NCBI GenBank assembly: GCA_964467565.1
Contig: CAYXRB010000001.1
Coordinates: 104,767-143,167 of the forward strand
Reading direction: 5' to 3'
Source of the DNA: an uncultured Pseudomonadales bacterium
GTDB taxonomy: Bacteria; Patescibacteriota; Microgenomatia; UBA1400; RBG-16-45-19
Length of the DNA stretch: 38,401 bases
Position 1 is the first letter of the stretch. Each line of letters opens with the position of its first letter. Shown here piece by piece: positions 25,531 through 34,584 of this stretch. A program made the position numbers and the translations under genes. The notes beneath the pieces were generated by a model. That model ran no database searches and had not been told where the DNA came from. It saw nothing but the letters and a program-made list of their open reading frames with translations.

Positions 25531-25543
25531 ATTTATGATTCGA

Positions 25544-26308
25544 TTAAAGCTCAAAGAGTGTTGGCTGAGTGATGATTTCGGGGCCATTTGGAGTGATGAT
25601 GACGTCTTCTTCGAACATAGCGGATAAAGAGCCGTCGGCGGTTTTTAAGGTCCAGCCGTCTTTGTCGAGTTTAAGCGGCCAATGACCTTGCATATACATG
25701 ACTTCGATTGCTAGGACCATACCTGGGGTTAACCTGGTACGCAAACCCGGGTCAGAGCTAATAAAACAGGGTATTTGCGGGTTTTCATGCATGGTTGCCC
25801 CCAGACCATGCCCGGTGAGCGTGCGGACCACGTTATAGCCTGCTGCTTCGACCCCATGTTGCATGGTTTTACTAATATCTTTGACCTGGTTTTTGGGTTT
25901 GGCTTGTTTAATGGCTTTTTTAAGCGCCTGCTTGCCTACGTTTAAAAAATGCGCTTGATCGGGCGTGGGGGTGCCGATAACAAAGGTGGAGGAACAATCG
26001 GTGGTGGTACCCTGATAAAACATGCCGGTGTCTATGGTCACGATATCGCCAAGTTTAAATGTTCCTTTCGGGATACCGTGTACCATACCGTCGTTGACGG
26101 TGATGCAGGTGGCCCAATGGTAACCGTTGACTTTTTGAAAGGCCGGTTCGCCGCCCGCTTGCTTAATGAGTTGTTGAGCGAGATTGTCGATCTCTTCCAT
26201 CTGGTGATGCTTTTGGGAGAATTTAACCAGTTGCTGGCGGATACTACCGATTCGACGGCCGTTCTCGCGGAAAGTATCTAGGGTTTTATTATCGAAAGTC
26301 ATAGGCAA
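25544..26308 (-). CDS. map: Type I methionine aminopeptidase
   Basis: Metal ligands lie in GDIVTIDTG...DCSSTF...TGHGLG...LAIEVM...FEEDV. Confidence 0.93.
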   Translation of the reverse strand: MPMTFDNKTLDTFRENGRRIGSIRQQLVKFSQKHHQMEEIDNLAQQLIKQAGGEPAFQKVNGYHWATCITVNDGMVHGIPKGTFKLGDIVTIDTGMFYQGTTTDCSSTFVIGTPTPDQAHFLNVGKQALKKAIKQAKPKNQVKDISKTMQHGVEAAGYNVVRTLTGHGLGATMHENPQIPCFISSDPGLRTRLTPGMVLAIEVMYMQGHWPLKLDKDGWTLKTADGSLSAMFEEDVIITPNGPEIITQPTLFEL

Positions 26309-26359
26309 ATTTTACCTCCCCAGGGCACCTACGTCACTTTAGTTACATGAGGATCGTGA

Positions 26360-26932
26360 TTACTTGAGTTTGCTCAGACGCTTGTATTTTGACAACCGGT
26401 CCATGATGTCGGAGTAGATGGTCTTAATAGGCCGTTCACCATCGACTATTTCTAAAATATGGCGGCGTTTGTAGTACTGCAATACCGGTTTGGTATGCGT
26501 GTGGAAAAGTTCGATGCGTTTATAGATTGCATCAAGGGTATTGTCTTGGCGCACACCGGTTTCTTGGCTTAAACGACCGAATAAACGCCAGAGGGCTTCT
26601 TTGTCGGATACTTCGAGGGAAACTACAACGTCGACACCATTACTAAAAGCTTTTGCCTGGGTAACGGTGCGAGGAAACCCATCAAGAATATACCCTTTTT
26701 CGTATTCGGCCTTGCTTAGGTATTCTTCAATAATCTTGACGGTTTTATCATCCGGGATTAAGGCACCGGAATTGATAGTTTCTTTAACGTAACGGCCCCA
26801 GGGGGTTTTTTCTTTAGCCATGTTCCGAAAAATATGGCCGCTAGAAAGGTAGGGGATACCCATTTTTTTGGAAATTAGGTTACCTTGAGTGGATTTTCCA
26901 GCTCCTTGGATACCAATAAGTATTATCTTCAT
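26360..26932 (-). CDS. adk: Adenylate kinase (short-lid form, no Zn-binding Cys)
   Basis: P-loop GIQGAGKSTQ, ...LSSGHIFR..., and ILDGFPRTVTQA. Confidence 0.88.
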   Translation of the reverse strand: MKIILIGIQGAGKSTQGNLISKKMGIPYLSSGHIFRNMAKEKTPWGRYVKETINSGALIPDDKTVKIIEEYLSKAEYEKGYILDGFPRTVTQAKAFSNGVDVVVSLEVSDKEALWRLFGRLSQETGVRQDNTLDAIYKRIELFHTHTKPVLQYYKRRHILEIVDGERPIKTIYSDIMDRLSKYKRLSKLK

Positions 26933-27003
26933 AGATTTTCATCGGTCGTACCGAAGACTCCTTTATAATATTCAACGTTCAAAGAATTAATATAAATCAA
27001 TTT

Positions 27004-28296
27004 TTAGGTATCTAAAAAGCGATCGTAATTATGCATAACGAGCATGGATTCAACTTGTTTGGAGGTTTCTAAGATGACTGAAACGACAATGAGAACTCCG
27101 GTACCACCGACCGTTAACGCAGTTAGCCCAGTAGCAACTTGGGAAAGGGAGGGAAGAATGGCAATAAGGCCTAAGAAGACCGCCCCGGCTAAAGTAATGC
27201 GGCTAATGATGTAGCTTAAATAATCGGCGGTGGCTTTGCCCGGGCGAATGCCGGGGATAAAACCGCCGTTCTTTTTAATTTCGTCGGCTATTTTATTGGG
27301 GTCAAAGACGACCGCAGTATAGAAATAGGTAAAGCCGACGACGAGTAAAAAGTAAACAAGATTATAGATGGCGTTTTGCGGGTTAAAGGCAGCGGCCATA
27401 GTGGCCCCAAAAGCAACAAGTTGCGGATACTGACTAAGGCTGGTTAAAAATTGGCCCAAAAGCGAGGGCACTAAGACTAAGGACACGGCAAAGATAATAG
27501 GAATAACACCGGCTTGGTTAAGTCGTAGGGGTAGGTGTGAAGTTTGTCCGCCGTAGAGGGAGTTACCACGAACACGCTTGGCGTAATGGATGGGAACTTT
27601 CCGGATGGCTACATCCATGGTAACAATACCCGCAATGACCACAATACCAAGGACAAGGATGAGGATTAGGCTGGAGAATTGGTTGACCTGTGAAGTTGAG
27701 ATGGTTTGCAGGGCGGTAACCGGTAATTGGGCAACAATACCAGCTAAGATGAGCATGGAGACGCCATTGCCGATGCCGTATTGAGTGAGTAAATCACCCA
27801 ACCATAAAAGAAGCATGGTGCCGGCGACCATTGTACTGGTTAGGGCTACCAGGTTTAGTGGATGGGTGGATAATAGAATGCCTTGGCTGTTTAACAAGGC
27901 GATAACGCTGACGCTCTGGACAATGGCTAACGGAAGAGTCAGAAGCCTAGTGTAGTGATTAATTTGCTCTCTCCCCTGCTCCCCCTCTTTGCTTAAGGCT
28001 TCTAGTTTGGGTATGACCATAGTGAGGAGTTGCATAATAATGGAGGCGTTGATATAAGGGGCCAGACCCAAAGCCATGATCGAAAAATTGGCCAAAGTTC
28101 CACCGGAAAAAATATCCAGAAGTCCCAGAAATTGGTTTTGAGCAAAAAGCGCTCGGAGTTGTTCCAAATTGATACCCGGAGTGGGGATGTGTGCTAAAAA
28201 GCGGGATACGGCTAGGATACCCAAGGTAAACAAAAGTTTTCGCTTGAGTTCGGGGACTGCATTAATTTGTCTTAATAGCTTGAGCAACCGGTTCAC
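27004..28296 (-). CDS. secY: Preprotein translocase subunit SecY
   Basis: A 10-TM protein with [13 protein letters not shown]...[11 protein letters not shown]...[12 protein letters not shown]. The GTG start is preceded by GGAAAGGTGA. It overlaps the rplO 3' end by 35 nt. Confidence 0.95.
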   Translation of the reverse strand: MNRLLKLLRQINAVPELKRKLLFTLGILAVSRFLAHIPTPGINLEQLRALFAQNQFLGLLDIFSGGTLANFSIMALGLAPYINASIIMQLLTMVIPKLEALSKEGEQGREQINHYTRLLTLPLAIVQSVSVIALLNSQGILLSTHPLNLVALTSTMVAGTMLLLWLGDLLTQYGIGNGVSMLILAGIVAQLPVTALQTISTSQVNQFSSLILILVLGIVVIAGIVTMDVAIRKVPIHYAKRVRGNSLYGGQTSHLPLRLNQAGVIPIIFAVSLVLVPSLLGQFLTSLSQYPQLVAFGATMAAAFNPQNAIYNLVYFLLVVGFTYFYTAVVFDPNKIADEIKKNGGFIPGIRPGKATADYLSYIISRITLAGAVFLGLIAILPSLSQVATGLTALTVGGTGVLIVVSVILETSKQVESMLVMHNYDRFLDT

Positions 28297-28735
28297 GGTT
28301 CACCTTTCCGCCGGCTTTAACAATGGCTGCTTCGGCTTTTGCAGAGGCGGGTATGGTAATGGTTAACGGAACACTTAAAGTTCCTTGGGCTACGACTTTG
28401 ATTGGCCTATTTTTTATGTCTCGGACACGAATAAGACCTTGTTCGATGAGATTTTTTGGAGTTACTAGAGTGTTTGGTCTAAAGGTATTGAGTTGGGTTA
28501 AGGTGATGAGAACGGGTTTGGGGGTGAGGGTTTTAAACCGCAACTTACCGCGTTGAAAGGGAAAGCGACGGATTTGTGGTAATTGACCACCCTCAAACCA
28601 AATTGGTACTGACCCGCGAGACAAGTTTCCTTTTTGACCGCGTGAGCTCGTATGGCCACCCTTGCCCGAGCCGTACCCTCGTCCGACACGTTTGTTAGGT
28701 CTTTTGGTGGTTTTTGGTAATTGATGTAACTTCAT
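28262..28735 (-). CDS. rplO: 50S ribosomal protein L15 (uL15)
   Basis: [22 protein letters not shown]...[11 protein letters not shown]. Confidence 0.95.
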   Translation of the reverse strand: MKLHQLPKTTKRPNKRVGRGYGSGKGGHTSSRGQKGNLSRGSVPIWFEGGQLPQIRRFPFQRGKLRFKTLTPKPVLITLTQLNTFRPNTLVTPKNLIEQGLIRVRDIKNRPIKVVAQGTLSVPLTITIPASAKAEAAIVKAGGKVNREPVAQAIKTN

Positions 28736-28744
28736 AGAGAATTC

Positions 28745-29371
28745 TTATGATTGAACGGCGGAATGGGGTTTGGCTGTTGACGATGTACTTTTTTTAGGAG
28801 TTGAAGGTTTGGTGGGAGAGGTTGTTTTGCTAGGATTATTGACGGGGCTGGAGTTAAGCCTTTGGGTGAGAGGGTTTACTTTTGGTGAAGCTGATTTGAG
28901 CTGCAGACCTTTAACTTTTACCAAGCGGTTTAATTCTTCTAATGCTTGAAAGGTAGCGTAGGCGTTGTTGGCTTGATTGTTTGAGCCCATGACTTTACCA
29001 ACGACGTCTTTAATGCCAGAGACTTCCAAGACTGAGCGGATAGCACCACCGGCGATGACGCCTGAGCCTTTGGGAGCTGGTTTTAGCATTATATGAGCTG
29101 CTCCGCGTTTAAGTTCGATGCGAAAGGGGATGGTTTGGCCGTCAAGAGGCACTTGCAATAAGTGTTTCTTGGCACGGCGAATGGCCTTTTTGATTGAGCT
29201 TAAAACATCAACACCCTTGCCTAAGGCAACACCAACTTTCCCTTTTCGATCACCAACGACGACCAGCACGGAAAAACCCATTTGGTTACCGCCTTTAGTC
29301 TTTTTAGACACGCGGTTTACTTGAATGATTTTTTCTTCGAATTCGCTTTGTTGGCGTGGCCTATGTTGCAT
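28745..29371 (-). CDS. rpsE: 30S ribosomal protein S5 (uS5) with a Ser/Thr/Pro/Lys-rich C-terminal tail of about 50 aa
   Basis: VNRVSKKTKGGNQMGFSVLVVVGD..G.VG...GKG..V..AI.KA...GSGVIAGG. It is followed after 9 nt by rplO, with no rpmD between them. Confidence 0.95.
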   Translation of the reverse strand: MQHRPRQQSEFEEKIIQVNRVSKKTKGGNQMGFSVLVVVGDRKGKVGVALGKGVDVLSSIKKAIRRAKKHLLQVPLDGQTIPFRIELKRGAAHIMLKPAPKGSGVIAGGAIRSVLEVSGIKDVVGKVMGSNNQANNAYATFQALEELNRLVKVKGLQLKSASPKVNPLTQRLNSSPVNNPSKTTSPTKPSTPKKSTSSTAKPHSAVQS

Positions 29372-29374
29372 AGT

Positions 29375-29731
29375 TTAAAACTCCAATCCACCGTCGCGGG
29401 CTGCTTGAGCGAAGGCTTTAATTCGGCCATGGTATTTATTACTACCGCGGTCGAATTTTACCAGATTTACTTTTTGTTTTTTCGCTTTTTGGGCGAGCAG
29501 CGTACCTAAGGCTTGTGCTATTTGGGTTTTGGTACCCTTAGCGGTTTTTAATTCAAATTCTGAAGCCGAGACCAAAGTCTTACCTGCGACATCATTTATT
29601 ATTTGTGCAAATAAATGTGCGTTCGAGCGGTAGACATGTAAGCGAGGTCTTTGGGCATTACCTTTTAACTTGAAACGCACACGGGCGGTACGGGCGGCTT
29701 TATTGGTAGAGTAACGCTTAATTGTGTTCAT
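29375..29731 (-). CDS. rplR: 50S ribosomal protein L18 (uL18)
   Basis: RPRLHVYRSNAHLFAQIIND...FDRGSNKYHGRIKAFAQAARDGGLEF. Confidence 0.95.
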   Translation of the reverse strand: MNTIKRYSTNKAARTARVRFKLKGNAQRPRLHVYRSNAHLFAQIINDVAGKTLVSASEFELKTAKGTKTQIAQALGTLLAQKAKKQKVNLVKFDRGSNKYHGRIKAFAQAARDGGLEF

Positions 29732-29773
29732 AGATTAAGTTGATTAATGTGTGATGAGTAGAGATTATTTTTT

Positions 29774-30322
29774 TTAAGCACCCGCACCCTTAGCAGCCTT
29801 GCCTGCTTTGCGCCGAATGACTTCTCCGGCGTAACGAATACCCTTGCCTTTATAGGGTTCGGGTGGACGTATTGAACGAATCTCAGCGGCCACTTGCCCT
29901 ACCATACGACGGTCAGCACCGGATACACTCACGACTGTTTCTCCCTCGACATCAAGAGTAATGCCTTCGGGCGCAGTATATTGGATGGGATGAGAATACC
30001 CAGCACTGATGGTAACGCCATTGGCTTGTTTTTTTGCTCGGTACCCGGTGCCGATTAATTCGAGTTTTTTAGTAAAGCCGGTACTCACGCCAGTAACCAT
30101 ATTAGCGATAAGGCTGCGGGTTAACCCATGAAAGGCTTTAGTCTGGTTTTCATCGTTTTGACGAGCAACTCTTAATATATTATCCGTAAGATCGACCGTA
30201 ATTCCTTGAGGCACCTTGAATAGGAGTTCGCCTTTGGCACCTTTAACCGTAACAGTAGCCCCGTTAAGATCAACGGTGACACCCGCGGGGATAGAAACTG
30301 GAGTTAGGCCGATACGTGACAT
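29774..30322 (-). CDS. rplF: 50S ribosomal protein L6 (uL6)
   Basis: MSRIGLTPVSIPAGVTV...GTGYRA...PEPYKGKGIRYAGE. Confidence 0.95.
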   Translation of the reverse strand: MSRIGLTPVSIPAGVTVDLNGATVTVKGAKGELLFKVPQGITVDLTDNILRVARQNDENQTKAFHGLTRSLIANMVTGVSTGFTKKLELIGTGYRAKKQANGVTISAGYSHPIQYTAPEGITLDVEGETVVSVSGADRRMVGQVAAEIRSIRPPEPYKGKGIRYAGEVIRRKAGKAAKGAGA

Positions 30323-30356
30323 AGTTTTAATTATTTAATATTCAAAAGATAACCTG

Positions 30357-30746
30357 TTAATAAACTTTGCAAAGTACTTCGCCACCAAGACTTTTTTGTC
30401 TGGCTTCGACGTTTGTCATAATGCCCCGGCTAGTCGACACGATCGAGATGCCGTGACCCGCCAAGACTTTCTTAAGTTTTTCAGAACTGGAATAGACACG
30501 TCTGCCTGGTTTTGATACCCGTTGAATGGTGGTGATAACGCTTGAGCGATTTTTGTATTTCAAGTCAAGACGCAGCATTTTGTGGCCGTTTTCTTCTTGA
30601 ACTTCACTGGCATCGAGATAACTATTTTTAATTAATACATTAACGATAGCCTCATTGAGTTTGGAGTACGGCACTAAGACACTCGCTTTTTTTGTAGAAG
30701 CGGCGTTACGAATTCTGGTTAATAAATCGGCGACTGGGTCGGTCAT
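30357..30746 (-). CDS. rpsH: 30S ribosomal protein S8 (uS8)
   Basis: MTDPVADLLTRIRNA...ISKPGRRVY...GISIVSTS.GIMT...GGEVLC.V. Confidence 0.95.
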   Translation of the reverse strand: MTDPVADLLTRIRNAASTKKASVLVPYSKLNEAIVNVLIKNSYLDASEVQEENGHKMLRLDLKYKNRSSVITTIQRVSKPGRRVYSSSEKLKKVLAGHGISIVSTSRGIMTNVEARQKSLGGEVLCKVY

Positions 30747-30780
30747 AGTATTGATTAGTATTTTGCGAATTAAAATTCAC

Positions 30781-30966
30781 TTAGGTGTTTGATTTGACTA
30801 CTCCTGGTAATTCGCCACGAAGAGCCAAGCGCCTGAAACAAATACGGCATAGGCCAAAAAATCGGATGTAAGAGCGCTTACGCCCACAAATTTCACAACG
30901 ACTCACTTGACGAGTTTTGTATTTTGCTTTTTGGGTTGACTTGTATTCTTGTGATTTGGTAGACAT
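30781..30966 (-). CDS. rpsZ: 30S ribosomal protein S14, type Z (zinc-binding, 61 aa)
   Basis: [33 protein letters not shown]. Confidence 0.93.
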   Translation of the reverse strand: MSTKSQEYKSTQKAKYKTRQVSRCEICGRKRSYIRFFGLCRICFRRLALRGELPGVVKSNT

Positions 30967-31008
30967 ATCTTTTTAGGAGGTGGTTGGGCTCCTATACCCA
31001 TAGATTTA

Positions 31009-31563
31009 TTAATCTGCTGCAGCGTCTTTTTTAAACGGCATACCTAAATGGGTTAGTAATAAGCGGCCTGTATTAGCATCATACGCAGTGGAAACAAACG
31101 TAACCTGCAACGATTTAACCTTGTCGATTTTATCATACTCGATCTCTGGAAAAACAATTTGTTCCTCAATGCCTAAGCTATAATTGCCATTTTGATCAAA
31201 TCCAGTGGTGGAAACTCCTTGGAAATCTTTAACACGCGGGAGAACAATGGTGACAAGCTTATCAAAAAATTGATACATACGCTCACCTCGGAGAGTAACC
31301 ATAAGGCCAATGGGATCGCCTTGCCGAATTTTAAAAGAAGCGATGGAGGTGCGGGCTTGAGTTGTTTTGGGTTTTTGGCCGGTGATTACCATTAACTGTT
31401 CGCCTAGGCTTTTTAATGCAGCATCCTGGTGCTGATCTTCGGATACACCGATATTTACGACGATTTTTTTTAGCCTTGGAACCGCCAGAGCATTTTTCAG
31501 TTTGAGTTCTTTCTTAAGCGCTGGGACGATTTCTTTTTGGTATTTCTTATAGAGACGATTCAT
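31009..31563 (-). CDS. rplE: 50S ribosomal protein L5 (uL5)
   Basis: NRLYKKYQKEIVPALKKEL...PRLKKIVVNIGV...RGERMYQFFDKL...LPRVKDFQG. Confidence 0.95.
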   Translation of the reverse strand: MNRLYKKYQKEIVPALKKELKLKNALAVPRLKKIVVNIGVSEDQHQDAALKSLGEQLMVITGQKPKTTQARTSIASFKIRQGDPIGLMVTLRGERMYQFFDKLVTIVLPRVKDFQGVSTTGFDQNGNYSLGIEEQIVFPEIEYDKIDKVKSLQVTFVSTAYDANTGRLLLTHLGMPFKKDAAAD

Positions 31564-31598
31564 ATTGTTGTCACTTATTTATAACCCTAAGTTTTGAT

Positions 31599-31919
31599 TT
31601 ATTTTTTAGTGCCAATGGCTTGACCACACTTTCGACAAATTCTAATTTTCTCGCCATTTTCGACTTTTTGATACCCAACACGAGTGATTTTTTTGCATTG
31701 GGGACACACGAGCGCGACTTTTGCGACGTTTAAGGGCCGTTCAACGGCGACAATTCCACCCGGTTCTTTATCGGAACGCCGCTTAACATGGCGTTTAAAC
31801 TTATTAACCCCCTCAACTATTACCGCAGAATCTTTGGGTAACACTAAAGTGATTTTTCCCTTAATGCCCTTGTCCTTGCCGGTGGTTACAATGACTTGGT
31901 CGTTGACGTGTAATTTCAT
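31599..31919 (-). CDS. rplX: 50S ribosomal protein L24 (uL24), Cys4 zinc-ribbon-type C-terminus
   Basis: KOW motif GDQVIVTTGKDKGIKGKI, then CPQC...CRKC. Confidence 0.93.
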   Translation of the reverse strand: MKLHVNDQVIVTTGKDKGIKGKITLVLPKDSAVIVEGVNKFKRHVKRRSDKEPGGIVAVERPLNVAKVALVCPQCKKITRVGYQKVENGEKIRICRKCGQAIGTKK

Positions 31920-31960
31920 ATTTAAGACAGAACAATGTTTAATGTTTGGTGTGTAATGTA

Positions 31961-32335
31961 TTAAAGAACCTCGGCGGCTAATGAGGCGATTTTGGCAAAA
32001 CCGGCGTCTTTTACCTCGCGAGCGATTGGGCCAAAAATTCGTGTGCCTCGAGGGTTCTTGTTTTGCATAGTATCGATAACTACTGCGGCGTTATCGTCGA
32101 AACGAATATAGCTTCCATCTGAACGACGGGTTTCTTTACGGGTACGAACAATCACTGCCTTAACAACATCGCCAGCCTTTACTTGACCCTGGGGGTCGGC
32201 GGTGACTACTGAAGCAGTAACTATATCACCGATAAAGCCAAATTTTCGTTTAAACCCACCATGGATCATGATGAGCCTGAGCTTTCTGGCACCTGAATTG
32301 TCGGCTGGGGTGAGTACTGTGCGTAATTGGACCAT
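31961..32335 (-). CDS. rplN: 50S ribosomal protein L14 (uL14)
   Basis: [20 protein letters not shown]...G. I used the ATG at 32335; a GTG two codons upstream is also open. Confidence 0.95.
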   Translation of the reverse strand: MVQLRTVLTPADNSGARKLRLIMIHGGFKRKFGFIGDIVTASVVTADPQGQVKAGDVVKAVIVRTRKETRRSDGSYIRFDDNAAVVIDTMQNKNPRGTRIFGPIAREVKDAGFAKIASLAAEVL

Positions 32336-32368
32336 AAACACTTGCTATTAAAAAATATGCTGTTTTGT

Positions 32369-32752
32369 TCAAGATTTGGCTTTCTTTGGTGTTTTTTTAG
32401 CAGTTGTAGATTTTTTATTAGTTTTTTTGGCCGTTCGTTTTTTGGCTGTACTTTTTTTAGTGAGGGCACTAGCTGGGATAGTTTTTTCTTTTTTAGCTTG
32501 TGGGGTAAGTGAAATTGGAGCTTTGTGCGTGACGGCCACTAACATGAAGTGCTTCCTTTTTGAGATTGGGCGACATGGTTTGAAGGTGACGGTATCCCCT
32601 ACCCCTGTGATTTGTTTCTCGTCATGAACAAGGTATTTTTTAGAACGTTTGACGGTTTTTTTGTAAATGGGATGCAACCAGCGACGAGTAACCTCGACCG
32701 CCGCAGTGCGCGTCATTTTGGTTGAGGTAACAGTGCCTGTTAATAGTTTCAT
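32369..32752 (-). CDS. rpsQ: 30S ribosomal protein S17 (uS17) with a Lys/Thr-rich C-terminal tail of about 50 aa; TGA stop
   Basis: LTGTVTSTKMTRTAAVEVTRRWLHPIYKKTVKRSKKYLVHDE. The tail is ...KKSTAKKRTAKKTNKKSTTAKKTPKKAKS. Confidence 0.93.
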   Translation of the reverse strand: MKLLTGTVTSTKMTRTAAVEVTRRWLHPIYKKTVKRSKKYLVHDEKQITGVGDTVTFKPCRPISKRKHFMLVAVTHKAPISLTPQAKKEKTIPASALTKKSTAKKRTAKKTNKKSTTAKKTPKKAKS

Positions 32753-32880
32753 AATTTATATTGTTCCTGATCAAGCGACGTATTATATTGCTCTTTGCTG
32801 TGATTGTCACTTGGGTAAAATGACTAATTATTGAAGCAATTTATTGAATCCTTAATTTTTGAATTTGCAACAGACGAAAT

Positions 32881-33261
32881 CTATGATTTGTCGCTGGCTC
32901 CTTTTTTGGTTTTTGTTTTGCTGTTTTTCGTTTCATCAGTTGCAGTGGTGCTTTTTTTAATGTTTTTAGTGGGTTGGGTGGTTGGGGTAGGTTTTATTTC
33001 TTTTTTATTTTTAATAGTTTTTGTTGTTACTGCGGGGGGTGTAGTTGTACCACTGACTGAAACGCTGAGTTCAAGTTCGCGGATGAGTGTTTTTAACCGG
33101 GCAATATCATGTCGGAGGTGTTTTACGACATGGACATTTTTGAGCTTATTACTGCCTAAATCGAGTTTTCGAAGGACCAATTCCTGACTTAATTTATTGA
33201 CCTCGGTAGTAAGTTCTTGTATGGACTGGTTGTGGTGTTTTATTAGTTGTTCGCGTTTCAT
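32881..33261 (-). CDS. rpmC: 50S ribosomal protein L29 (uL29) with a Thr/Lys/Pro-rich C-terminal tail of about 60 aa
   Basis: Core ELTTEVNKLSQELVLRKLDLGSNKLKNVHVVKHLRHDIARLKTLIRE. I preferred the ATG at 33261; the track ORF extends to 33372 and overlaps rplP. Confidence 0.85.
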   Translation of the reverse strand: MKREQLIKHHNQSIQELTTEVNKLSQELVLRKLDLGSNKLKNVHVVKHLRHDIARLKTLIRELELSVSVSGTTTPPAVTTKTIKNKKEIKPTPTTQPTKNIKKSTTATDETKNSKTKTKKGASDKS

Positions 33262-33343
33262 AGGTTGCTTTTTGATTTGGTGTTTATTTTTGTGAATAGT
33301 TTTTTTTGGTTGTTTAAGAGTGATATCCCTGCTTGTGAATTGC

Positions 33344-33748
33344 TTACTTACCAATAAAGCGAGTGCGGACACTTAATTTATGACCGGCTTTACGAAAAGC
33401 TTCTTGCGCCATGGCGCTATTTAAACCCCCTAATTCAAAAAGGATCAATCCGGGACGGACGACTGCGACATACTGTTCGATATCACCTTTACCCGAACCC
33501 ATTTTTGAACCGGCAGCTTTGTGGGTGATAGGTTTGGTCGGAAAAACCCGAATCCACAATTTACCCCCACGTTTGGTGTGGTGGGCAATTGTTTTTCTCG
33601 CAGCTTCGATTTGGCGGGCGGTAATCCAACCATTTTCGAGTGCCTTTAAGGCGTATTCACCAAAATTGATGTTATTGCCACGAGTAGCAAGACCGGTACG
33701 GGTACCTCTGAACTCTTTGCGGTATTTTCGTTTTTTAGGTTGCAACAT
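33344..33748 (-). CDS. rplP: 50S ribosomal protein L16 (uL16)
   Basis: MLQPKKRKYRKEFRG...G.YALKALENGWITARQIEAAR. Confidence 0.95.
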   Translation of the reverse strand: MLQPKKRKYRKEFRGTRTGLATRGNNINFGEYALKALENGWITARQIEAARKTIAHHTKRGGKLWIRVFPTKPITHKAAGSKMGSGKGDIEQYVAVVRPGLILFELGGLNSAMAQEAFRKAGHKLSVRTRFIGK

Positions 33749-33836
33749 ACGTGTTTAAAAAGCTAATTTCTAAGTTCGAAACAATTTTAATTCCAATATT
33801 TTTAAAAATGATTTAAACAACTTAGATTTTGAATTT

Positions 33837-33870
33837 GTTTAGAATTTAAAGGTTCGTGTTTAGAATTTAA
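33837..33870. repeat. 13-nt direct repeat GTTTAGAATTTAA x2 with a 21-nt period in the rpsC-rplP spacer; the second copy covers the rpsC stop codon
   Basis: The copies lie at 33837-33849 and 33858-33870, read directly from the sequence. Confidence 0.85.
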
Positions 33871-34523
33871 TTAGTCTTCCTTTCTCCTCGGTAGACGTAG
33901 ACTTTGATACCCACGAAGCCGGACCGAGTTAGGGCGGGGCTTTGGGCGTAATCAATGTCAGCACGAAGTGTTTGAGTGGGGATGGTGCCCTGAGAATATT
34001 TTTCGGTACGGCCAATCTCGGCTCCGTTTATTCGGCCGGAAAAAATTACTTTAATTCCCTTAGCTCCACCCGTTATAGCTTTTTCCATGGCTTGAGAAAC
34101 GGCGCGACGGTGTGGATAGCGTTTTTCAATCTGATCTTTTAACCGTTCTAGGATGAGGCGAGCTTGAGCGTCGGGATTTTTAATTTCTTCAACCTTAAGT
34201 TCAACTTTGCGATTTTTAAGATCGACCTTACTAGCCTTTAAAAGTTTGACGATTTCGGTTTTTAAAGCTTCGAGATTGGCGCCGCCCCGACCAATAACGA
34301 CACCCGGGCGGGATACGTGTAAGATGATTTTTAACGTATTGATCGATCGTTCGATAATTACCTCATTTAGTCCTGCTCCTGCAAGTTTTTTATGGAGGAA
34401 TTCCCGTAAACGTAAGTCTTCGAGCGCTTGATTTTTGTAGGTATGCGGGTTTTGATACCACCGAGATTTCCACGTAAAGAGAGGTCCGATTCTAAAACCG
34501 ATGGGATGAACTTTTTGGCCCAT
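33867..34523 (-). CDS. rpsC: 30S ribosomal protein S3 (uS3)
   Basis: MGQKVHPIGFRIG...KH domain...GRINGAEIGRTE. Confidence 0.95.
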   Translation of the reverse strand: MGQKVHPIGFRIGPLFTWKSRWYQNPHTYKNQALEDLRLREFLHKKLAGAGLNEVIIERSINTLKIILHVSRPGVVIGRGGANLEALKTEIVKLLKASKVDLKNRKVELKVEEIKNPDAQARLILERLKDQIEKRYPHRRAVSQAMEKAITGGAKGIKVIFSGRINGAEIGRTEKYSQGTIPTQTLRADIDYAQSPALTRSGFVGIKVYVYRGERKTN

Positions 34524-34584
34524 ATTTTTTCAAATTCTAAAACTTACGGTCTAAACTTCGCTCTTGGATGACGTGAGCTAGGGC

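Noticed and set aside
26933-27003. An AAGGAG plus an upstream ATG in the secY-adk spacer, as a possible alternative adk start or leader peptide.
   Set aside because: The upstream ATG is 10 nt before the annotated ATG and therefore out of frame. The AAGGAG is about 24 nt from the adk start, too far to serve as its SD. No ORF of meaningful length results.
28262-28296. The 35-nt rplO/secY overlap, as a possible mis-called start or frameshift.
   Set aside because: The GTG start is preceded by a good SD-like GGAAAGGTGA. It gives a normal-length SecY N-terminus, about 17 aa before the conserved [10 protein letters not shown]. Both reading frames remain intact, so this is simple gene overlap in a compact genome.
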